Source: a virus (lineage: Duplodnaviria > Caudoviricetes). Taken from it: DNA of 55,830 nucleotides. The notes beneath the pieces are model-generated. The model was given only the letters and a program-made list of their open reading frames with translations, did not search any database and was not told where the DNA came from. Positions 35,716-46,600 of this stretch are shown here, one piece after another. The position numbers and the translations under genes were made by a program. The stretch is from positions 1-55,830 of the IMG/VR virus record IMGVR_UViG_3300033273_000350, one strand, 5' to 3'. Each line of letters opens with the position of its first letter. Position 1 is the first letter of the stretch.

Positions 35716-35735
35716 CCTAAATTATCTAATTTTGA

Positions 35736-37550
35736 TCAGAATTCGATAACAAGTTTGATATCTTCAATTTGGTCAGGAGCACGAGTGATTAGTCTTCTGT
35801 TCTCAACGTAAATGATGTCTCCTGAGTTGTTATCAATTTCAGGAGAAGCAAGACCGTTAGTTAGTTGTACACCTTCAACAACTGCGTTGTTGGTTGTGTC
35901 TGGAGCTCCTCCTGCTTGTGAGTCAGCACCTGTGACTGCTTGAGCACCATTTGCCTCAAAAGCATAAACCTTACCATCAGCATCAGTGTGCTGAGAAGGT
36001 GACTGATAATACTTGAGGATGCCATCGGTTGTTGAACCGCTGTCAAGAACCCAAGAAACTACAGTACCATATGCAGTATTAGCGCCATTATTTACAGTTT
36101 GACTGATAACTTCATCTGCAATGTAGTCAGTACCACCAGTACCAGTAATCTTAACTGAGAATAAACCTGAAAGTGTGCTTGCTGTCGCAAAAGCTGTTGT
36201 TGCAGCATCAAGAGGATCTTTGATAATACCGATTCTACGGAAGTCGTTGTCTACGGGGAAGTCACCAGAACCTTCTGCATAAGTTAAACGAATGTTAGTC
36301 ATAACACGCTTTGCATTGAGTTCTAGTTCCATATCAGAACCATGACCACCTCTAGGAGGTAGTACAACTTCTAGGTGTGAACGCTGACCAGTGGTTGAAA
36401 CTGGGCTAGTTAGGTTTGGTTGACCGAAGCAATTGCCGTCTGAAAGATCAACAGTTGCATAAGTGTAACCAGATCCTTTTGTAACAACAGTGAGGGTGTC
36501 AATAGCACCACCAGCAGTTGTGGTAATCTGAACAACACCACCAGATCCATCACCACGAATAGCACTATAGAGAGTAGAAGCAGCAGGAAGACCTGCGCCA
36601 TCATCAATTCTTAGTACAACATCAATTTCGCCATCTACTGCAGCTGCTGCAGTTGCAATTCTAGATGCTTCAGTTGGAAGAACTACAGGCAAGAAGTCAG
36701 AAGATAGGAAGCGTAGTACATCATCAGTTGGGAGTGTGTACATGTACTTCCAAATATATCCAGCACCAGCAGACTCAGTAAAGATTCCGTTGCTGTAGTT
36801 ACCAGAAGTTGTTAGTGGTTCTTGAGTTGCGTTCTGACCACCTGGGTTTGATGGGTTCTGACCGTTGTAAAGGCACTTGAATACTTCATAGTTGCTGTTC
36901 ATGACATAGAACTTAGCATCACCAATTGCAGTTGCACCAGTAGATGCTGCTTTACCAACTTGTCCACCACCCGCTGGGGTTGATGAATAATCTGGTTTCC
37001 ACATGTCAAAGATTGGGTTAGCAACCAAATCCCAGTTATAACGTCTTACAACGGCACGGGCATATTCGTCAGTGATTCTCTTTGCTGCAATGATGTCGTC
37101 GAAAACATCAAACTTCTCTGTTTGGTTATCTAGAGGTAGGGGTGGTTCGTTCTCTGTTCCGTAACGATATACACCAGCACTTGCAGTTACGCCAGTTGCA
37201 GCTGCGCCGTCCCACTCGACAAGACTTGCGCCAATTGCACCAGGAGTTGAGTTAACACCTTGTGATCCAAAGACTCCAGTTACGAGGATTGCATTGCTGT
37301 AAACTGCAGCAATCGTTGCTCTAAACGTTGCGTTAGCGTAAGCAGATCCAACATAGACCTCGTTACCAACAGTGAAACTTCCGCCAACAATGGAGTAAGT
37401 TTCGATGTAACCTGCCCATGCTTGGGGTCTTCCTACGAAGAAGTACATTCTTGTACGATCGGCGCTAGTATCATTAGCACCCTCAGAAAGCGATTCTAGG
37501 AATTGCTTAGCATTAAAAATTCTAAACTTATCAGAGATAATAGCAGCCAT
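35736..37550 (-). CDS. gp8: Baseplate wedge subunit
   Basis: MAAIISDKFRIFNAKQF, YFFVGRPQAW, FYVMNSNYEVFKCLYN, GYIWKYMYT, NDFRRIGIIKDP, SGDIIYVENR...EDIKLVIEF. Confidence 0.9.
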   Translation of the reverse strand: MAAIISDKFRIFNAKQFLESLSEGANDTSADRTRMYFFVGRPQAWAGYIETYSIVGGSFTVGNEVYVGSAYANATFRATIAAVYSNAILVTGVFGSQGVNSTPGAIGASLVEWDGAAATGVTASAGVYRYGTENEPPLPLDNQTEKFDVFDDIIAAKRITDEYARAVVRRYNWDLVANPIFDMWKPDYSSTPAGGGQVGKAASTGATAIGDAKFYVMNSNYEVFKCLYNGQNPSNPGGQNATQEPLTTSGNYSNGIFTESAGAGYIWKYMYTLPTDDVLRFLSSDFLPVVLPTEASRIATAAAAVDGEIDVVLRIDDGAGLPAASTLYSAIRGDGSGGVVQITTTAGGAIDTLTVVTKGSGYTYATVDLSDGNCFGQPNLTSPVSTTGQRSHLEVVLPPRGGHGSDMELELNAKRVMTNIRLTYAEGSGDFPVDNDFRRIGIIKDPLDAATTAFATASTLSGLFSVKITGTGGTDYIADEVISQTVNNGANTAYGTVVSWVLDSGSTTDGILKYYQSPSQHTDADGKVYAFEANGAQAVTGADSQAGGAPDTTNNAVVEGVQLTNGLASPEIDNNSGDIIYVENRRLITRAPDQIEDIKLVIEF

Positions 37551-37590
37551 TTGTTTTTCGTTCCGACGTGGGTTGTGCCTGAGTTATTTA

Positions 37591-37598
37591 TATTTATA
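37591..37598 (-). promoter_or_regulatory. T4-type late promoter TATAAATA (flanked by further TAAATA copies)
   Basis: Exact consensus upstream of gp8. Confidence 0.8.
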
Positions 37599-37605
37599 GC
37601 AATAT

Positions 37606-40600
37606 TTAGGAAATTACATGAGGGACAATTTCATCGCCATTTGTGACGACAGATGCGCCCCTAATAACAGTACATCCTGTAAATGATGTTGCTGTTTTTC
37701 CAGTATACTGAATAACAGATCCAGCAGAAGTGAATAAGTATCCAGAGGATGGGAAATATGTTGTGTCTTGTACGAATACAGTTGGTACTACAGCACCAGT
37801 GGATTGTACAATTCCAACTGGATTTTGGAATGAGGTATTTGCCATATTCCAATAAACTCCAGATCTTGTAAAGTTAGATTCTGCGCGATCAGTAAAGTCT
37901 TTGAGTGTGACATCAGCAAAATATCTATCAAATTCTGCCAAGGTCATACCAGACACGTTTGCTGCTCCATCATCAAGAGATGCATTAAATCTTCCAATAT
38001 TATGTCCAAGGTTGCCAACTTTATATCTACCAGTATAAGTTAGAACTCCAAAGTTTTGGTTCTTAACGTTAATAATATTTCCAGATCTCTGTGTCACAGT
38101 TTTTGAAACCAAGGTTACATTACCATTATTTCTAGTGACCACAGGGTTTGTCCAGAATACATCCTCAACAAAATAATCAACTAATCCAGAATCAGGAGTA
38201 AAGATTAGTAGTTCTGTCTTAGTAGTGTCTGGCAGAGTTACAACTGCAAGAGGTTCTAGTGCAGATCCAGAAGCACTAGTTTGTCTAAAGATTTCTGCTC
38301 CTGGTTGTGCAGTTGGACCAGCAGTAGAAGAAGAACTACTGATAACGTTGACACCACCAGGAACAACGGATACGTAATCTTCGATCTGGCGGATAAATGT
38401 TCCTGCTGACCAATTTTGTTCAGTAGTTCCATCAACTCCTCTCTTACAGAAGAGGAAACGATCGTCATACTTGCGTGGGTAGTAGATGACTTCATTTCCA
38501 ACAAGAAGTTTTCCACTGCTGTCAAACTTGCTTGTATCTGGGATGTATACAATAGTATCTCCAATACTGAGAGGAATTTGTAGTGTAGCAGCAGGTGCGT
38601 TATATACAACATTTTCAATGCGTGTATTGTCAATCTCACGAACAACAGATGTTGTGATTTCTTTGTTTGTAGTGAGAGTAGAAGATGTGAGTACGTTGAC
38701 AGCAGAAGTAAACAACAGTGAAGTGAGTTCTTTTACAACTCTCTTCTGCTCACCAACATCAATAGTTTCTACTCTATCAATAGATCTGTAAACTCCTTGT
38801 GCCCCTGGTTGCTCAGCACCAACAGGCATTTCAACATCTTCTGCCTCTGGCCAAATATTTTCAACAACATTGTCTTGGATATCCTGTACAGAGTCTAAAA
38901 CAATAGTAGAAACGAGAGCAAGTCCTGGTGGTGGTAGAGAAATACTATCAATGGTGCTGGAAATTGTAAGAGACTGCTTGATAACTTTGTTGATACCAAC
39001 CTTGATCACGTTGACTTCAACATCATTGTCTCGTACAATTTTGTACTGTCTTGTTACTACAACTTTTGGCGCTTCTGCATATCCACTTCCACCATCTAGA
39101 AGTTCAACAGAAACGACATGACCATTACTTACAATTACTTGTGCTTTTGCACCACCGCCACTACCACTCTTTGGTCTAAACTCAAGAAGTGGAGCAGTAT
39201 AATACTGATAAGCAGTTGGTTCACTAAAAGTTCCGTCTGCACGTTGAACTTTTTTATTCCAAGTTAATGTATGAACATAAGCATCAATTAAACTACTAAT
39301 TCTAAAAGTAGCTTCACCATTAGAACCTGTTTGTGGGATAGTAATTTCATCACCAATAGTATAATCAGATCCTTTGTTTACTACAGTAATGGTGTCAACT
39401 TCTCCATTGTTAACTGTAATATTAACAGTTAATCCAGATCCAGTGCCTCCAGTACATGTAATTCCATTCTCATCAGAATAATTTTCGCCACGATCAGCTC
39501 TCGAAATGAGGTTTGCAGAACCTCTCATATTGGCAACTACACTAAGTCCTTCACCACGGGTAATATCATTATATGGAGTTACTGTATAATCGCCATAATG
39601 ATCAGAAGTTACGTCCTTATTAGTTCTATACTCTTTTGCATAGATACTATCAGCAACTTTCTTGATAGTTCTGAAAGTTTTTTCACCGTCAATCTTAACT
39701 TTATCACCAGGGGCAATCTTAAAGAATCCTTTTTTCTGTAGAGCATCCTTTGTAAATGCTACATCATTTTTATACCAAGTTTGAGACTCTCTGCTCAACT
39801 CAGTAATGCCATCTGATCCAACATTTTCAGTTGTCAATGCAAATGCATTTGATAAAGGATTGATTGTAAATACAGGACCATTTGGACTTTGAAGTACGCC
39901 AAATGATAGAAGTTCAGATTCTAAAATGTTGTTGTTAGATCTGGTGCTTACGTAGAAGTAACCACCGTTCCACCAATAATTGATAAGTTTTCCAATTGGA
40001 TTTTGTGATCCATTGGATCTTTGTTGATAGATGTATACATTACTCCAATCAGTAGGAACTGGTTTTTTGGCATTCCACCAATTATTAAACTCATAATAAA
40101 CAGATCTGTTAGAATCATCGACACGAATAGTTTTTTCTAGTAAGTAACTTCCTGGTTCATGGTCATAGAAAGTTACTGTTTTTTCATATTCTTTGCCATA
40201 AAGTAATCTGATATCAACAACGTCTTCTTTCCTTAGTGGATATTTGAATGTAATTGCAGGTCCGCTCACAGTAAATGCAGATCCATATTCTTGAATTACA
40301 CCATTGACCAAAACAACTAAGAAGTCTTCATCATCAACATTAAGAACTTTGCCATCTTCAATTGAAACAATTAAGAATGGTCCTGCAAAAGAACTGTCAG
40401 CAACAGAGATGAGGGACTTATCTGTTGTAAATCTTCTGTAAGATCCAACATTATAAGCAAAGAATTTTTCTACTGCTGTTGCCTCTCCAATTGTTAGAGC
40501 AGAGAAATCTTGATCCCAAATTGGTGGAGAATCAAATACAATTTGATTTGGAGTTTTAGTTCTATCGATAAAATATGCATCAAAAGCAGGATCATCTAGA

Positions 40601-43600
40601 GCAAACTGTGGTCTCTGTAATACTCCATTCAGAGCAACGAATAAATTATCTTCTGGACCATCCAATAGAACATCACTTCCATCTTCCCAATATAGATCAA
40701 AGATCTTAGTTTCTCCATCGATGTAATCGGGTGTTGTTCTTGTTACAGACTGCTTATCAATAGCATTACTAATATTTGCTTGTAGAGAAGCAACAGCAGA
40801 AATAACATCTTCGCATTCTTGGAATGGAAGCAGAGTATCTGGAATAATATTGTAATTTGTGATTGGAGTTAGAGCTGTAAATCTTCCTGCCTTATTCTGA
40901 TTCAACGAGGTTGGTTGAATTACAGAAGGTCCAGTATTAAAGATGGTCTCGATAATATCATAGAAAGTATTGAGTGTAGACTCAACTTCTGCACAGGTTG
41001 GTGACAAAGCATCCGTAATAATATTATTATCAATTACTGGAGTGATATTAGTATATGGATTGCTACCACTCAAGGTTTGACGCATTGCTTGAACACAGAG
41101 TTCAACAATAACCTTTCTAAATGTTGCTAGAGTTTCTGTTAGTTGATTATTAACATACTGCAGTTGACTTCCAAGGAAATACAATTCTGCAAATTCAACA
41201 AGATCTGCATTTCCACCAAATCTCAAATGCTTAATAACTGCATCCAGTAAGAATCCAATATCTCTACGACACTTAGTTTCTTTTGAAGTCCAGTTGATAG
41301 CAGGATAAGTTGCCTTTGCCCAGTTTACAGCATAGTCTGTAATATATGGTCTGTTTGCATTAATGATATTTGATGCATCATAGAAAGTACCATTATTAAT
41401 ACCAGACATGATAAAGGTAACTTGGTCTAAGACAGTAAACAATGGTGGTACTGTAAATGTAAGTCCAGGTCCAATGCCGTAGCTATTGGGTGGTTGAACA
41501 CCAGCAATAGCAGTAGGACTAGTTACGTTACCAGTTTGTGTTCCACTGTAGAGTGTTATACCAGGACCAGCAGTGTTTGTTGGTGGTACACCACTATCAA
41601 ACAAAGCAGTAGCAGACATTCTAATCTCTGTTGAAGAAATTATTTCTTCAACAGTAACATTGTTTGCCCAAGGAATTGCTTTACCAGCACTAATTTTTGC
41701 TCCAACTGGAACTCTACTAGTGTCTGGAACTCTGAGTAAGTTGCTTCCTGCTGTGAATGAAGCATTTTTGGTTGTCCAATCCCAGTTTAATGTTGCAAAC
41801 TTTGCAAGTCTGATTGCATAATCAAACGCAGATTTGATATATGTTTCATATCCACTATATGTGTCAGAATAGTTTGCAGCATAATCAACTGATTTTGCAT
41901 TACCACCAAATCTAATATCATGCTCAACTGCTTGTAAAATCAATCTTACATCGTCTTTGAATCTCTGTTCTAAGATATTCCAAGGAATTGTATTGTTATT
42001 GATGATGGTAGAGTTTGTTGTTTCAAACCAACCAACAGTTTCTAGAACAATAAAATCTGTATTGAGTCTAATTTGATTTGCTGCATCTAACCATCTACCA
42101 TTCCTCTGATAGATATTTTTAACTTTTTTGAGTACCTTAGCATTCTCAGCATTTGATCTGAAACCAAATACTTTACCCAAGAATTTTTGTTGGGGAACAA
42201 GTTGTCCCTCAACAGTTTTCTGACCTAAAGGTGGCGCGGCAAAAGTAATAGAACTTCCAGAAACTGTAAATGCAACTCCTGGTTCTTGAATTACACCATC
42301 TAGTGTAATAACAAGTGCTTGATCGTTGTATGGAACAACGGGATTGTTTGAAGGATCTACTAATTGGAAAGTTTTTGTTCCTACCAGTTGACCATTAGAA
42401 TTAAACTCACCATCAAAGTTAGCACTAAGTTTTACTTCTGAAGCAAGTAAATCTGTAAAATTAAACTCCTGAACTGATACAGAACCTGTGCCTTCTCTAG
42501 ATCTATAATCCTCTACTCTTTGAATGCTCTGGGTAATAACTCTTCGCGTATTCTGAGAAACAATAGAAGCGTTAGCACCCAACTCAAGAACAGTAAAGTG
42601 ACTTGCTTTTGGAGAAGTTACTGGCATCTCTGCAGATGCTTTCGGATCTACAATAACTTCACCAAACAGTTTCATACCTGCTGGGTGAGTTGTACTCTTA
42701 ATTAAGTCTCTCCAAACATTGATTGATGTTCTAGACTTAATTACATACGAATAATCTTGATAGAAGAAGGAATCAGTAATTCTCTGGTTAGAGTTACCAA
42801 TTCGTCCCTTATCTGAGGTGTAGTATCCTTGATTATCATAAGTAGAAGTAATATCTGGATTGAATAGAGTTACAAAAGTTCCTGTAATCAAACCAGAATT
42901 TCCTGTCTTCAAACTCTGAATTGTAAAATTCTCTCTAAACTTACCTTGGACTCTTTCGACCTTCAATAAGTTAGATCCTTCACGCCATCCACCAATAGCA
43001 ACATATCCTCTGGCAACTTCTACATTGTTAATTCTTTGAATTACTACCTCACCTTGCTTGAATGCATTATCGGGATAATTATTTAAAATGAATGTATATG
43101 GAGAACTGTAATCAGAATATAGGGTTTTATCTTTGTGGAAAGAACCACCATTTCTGACAATAGAGACATTCTTAGGAACACCAATTTTTGCACCTCTTGT
43201 ATAGATAAATGCATCACTCTCTACAATAGCAATAGATGGTGCAGCAGTATATCCTTTGCCTCTATTCTTAACTCTAATATCTAAAATTTCTCCATTTCTA
43301 GAAATTACATTGAATGTAGCATCTCTTCCATCACCATCAGTAATTACAACTTTTGGATTTGAATAATTTGCACCCTTTGTGTCTACTCTAACTCCAACAA
43401 TAGTCTTTGTGTAATCATCATACAATACTGTTGCAGTTGCAATATTATCTGGTGCGGGAAGAACACCAGTTACAATTGGGGTCTTTTGGTAATTGTCTCC
43501 AATATTTGTAATTGATACTGAAGCAATTTCTCCAACAGCAAAAGCAGATGACGTTGTGTAAGTAATAGATCCACTACCATCCCATTGTGGCAACTTGTCT

Positions 43601-46600
43601 AAAGAATAACAGAATCTAGTTGGGGTTACATAATTTACAACTTTTCTTCCAACCAAAGGATCATTGATTACTTTTAGATAAGATCCTTCGGATTCACAAA
43701 TTCCATTTTTATCAAAATAGTAGTAATTACTAAAATCTGTAGAGGTTTTAGTATTATATTGATTTGCTGCGTTTCTAACACCAAATCCAAACTTAACATC
43801 AATAAATGCACCTGCCGCTCCTGGCAGAACAAAAGATTCAACCCTCTCTACAGGAATGAGGTTAAAGTTTTTACTTGGGCTAAAGTCAAGATAAGTTCCA
43901 GATAGCGATGAATCTGAAGTATCAAATTTATACTTGTAATACTCTTGAACTTCAATAATTGGATTTGTTACATAGTCAGTTGTGCCATTCTTTCTAAATT
44001 CAAATTTGTTAACAGCATCAGATGCTTCTACGATGTCAACAAATCTTTGTGGAGTGCTATTATCAAAGAAAGAGAATAGATCTGTAATTGGTTGTAATCC
44101 AGATAAGTTGGTGGTAGAAGGATACACAACAAATAGCATTTGTGTATCTGCATCATAAGTTACAGACTCACAACCATTAATAGTAAAGTTTGCATTAAAA
44201 TTATATCTTCCATTATAAAGAGATACCGTTGCGTTATCATAGTGGTCTACAGCAGTGGTATTATTTTGTGCTCTTTCTACTGTTACAGTATTGCTACTAA
44301 TAGAGACAATCTTGATAATCTCTTCATCTAGTTTAAATAGATCGTTTTGTACAAATTTTGATGCATCATCTAAAACAATTTTAGTAGATTCTCTCGAAAC
44401 TCCAACATGATCCACTACTAATTTAACTCTTTGTGTGCTAGTAGAAGCAACAGATCTTGAGAGGGAAGCATCATCTACTGATAAAACATCTTCTCTCTTA
44501 TATCCCGTTCCACCATCACTAATTTGAACATCGGTAACATATCCATCAGATCCAACAACAATATTTGCTTTAGCACCAGATCCAGAACCACCTGTCAAAG
44601 GAACATTAGTATAACTACCAGTCGTATAGTCCCATCCAACATTTAGGTTTAGCAGTCTACCAACACCACTATAATTTACAGCAGTCTTAATAGATGGTTG
44701 TGATAATTTGAGGTTTTGATAGATTCTCTTTCTTACAAAATATGTTTGTGTAGTTGTAGAATCATCTGGGTTAATAGAAACATTAACAATATCATCTAAA
44801 CCAACGCCATGATTTTGTGCTGTTTCTATTAGTGCTACATTTTGGTTTACATCGAATGGTTCTAGACCATCACTCAAAGAATTGATGCTGACAATTTTTG
44901 ATCCAGATGTGTCCGATAGACTATTACTTTGTAGGAAGTGATCTGCTAAATTATCTTCAGTTTCAAAGTAATATGGTGCAGTTCCAGTTGGAATATCAAA
45001 TGGTGTAGATGGGTTACCATCAAAGTCTATATTTTGTGTAAGAACCTTTACAATTACCAAATTGGATTCCGATGTTGTTTCTAGAACTTCACCAAAAGCA
45101 ACTTTTGCGATAGCACCATCAGTTAGCTTTAAAATCGAACCAGCAGCATAAGAAGATGGTTTGTCTAGAAGCAAACTCAATACTTTAATAGATGCCGAGA
45201 AAGTATTACTTGTGTCAAAGACACCATTAACATCCCTTAAAACAACGGTATTGTCATTCAAAACATCTCCAACAATTTCTCCATAAGAACCTGTTGCTGG
45301 TTGAGTCAGTCTATCTCCAGCGAACAAAAATGCTGGACGTACAATTTCAAGTCTAGTTGCCTTTGTTTGCTGTGACTCCAAGAAGTTTACAGTCTTTCCT
45401 TTTACAGATGATACACTTGCTTCTGCACCAAATCCATTTGTTCCAGAATTATCAAAGAATAATTCAGATCCAACACTAAAGTTTGAGGATGAAGAACTGA
45501 TTTCAATAGAATCAATGCTTCCAGAAGTTACGTCTTTAATTTTTGCAATAACGTTTCCACCGTTAGTTGGAATTCCTGGTAAAGAAAGTCTCCTAGCATC
45601 TAGTGGCAAATCATCTTGGGAGAGATTTGAGTTGTAATTAGAATCTACTGGTAGTGAATAGTAATTTTCTCCAATAATGTATGGATATACAGGATTCTGT
45701 GATGAATCGATTGTCAAGAAATATGCATACGTTCCTTGTGGAAAGTCAGGAGTTACGCAGAATCTACCATTGTTTTGATCTAGGGATCCGTTACGATGGC
45801 GATACTCGAAGTCATCAATAAAAGTTCCAAGAGGATAAGTTGCTGTAGATGGACCTTCCTGTCTAGAATTTTTAGCAACGTAACTAGAAGTCATCCTAAC
45901 AATAGGAGACTGTTGATCTAATGGGTTCTCATGTGCAAATGGACCATAGATTGGGTTGCCATCATATGCAAAACCAAGAATTGGTGAGTGTACTTTAGTT
46001 GCAGGTTCTGTAAATGTTGATGATAAGTTATCATTCAACCCAACACGCAGTGTTTTTGGATTAGCAACATGTCCATATCCATTTTCTAGTGCTTCATTGT
46101 AATTTTCAAATAGATACCCATTTTCATCATCTAGTTTGTTTTCTAATAGAGTGTATCTGTTCTTCACCCATATTTTTAGAGAAGCAGTTGCAGTTGCTCC
46201 CTCACCAACAGGAGAAACAATTACTTCAATATTATCCTGAGAATAAAACTCGCCTTCATTAACAGTTTCAAATCCTACAATTTTTCCACCTTCTACAATA
46301 GCATTGTATTCTGCAAATCTTCCTCTTCCTAATCTGTCTCTAATGACAATAACTGGAGGTGCTGAATAATATTCTCCAGCATTATCAATAACAAGACTTG
46401 TGACTGCTCCAAGTGTTACAATCGCTCTAACAACAGCATTTCTTCCAGAAAGAATCTCTACAGTTGGTTTTGATGGATATAGAGACTTTCCTACTAACTC
46501 AACAGACTCTACAAATTCTCCAGAGAGTTTTGCAATCGCCTTCCCTGGTACACCATCAACTAAAACAAAAGGAGGTAGTGTGTATTTTGATCCTTGTGAC

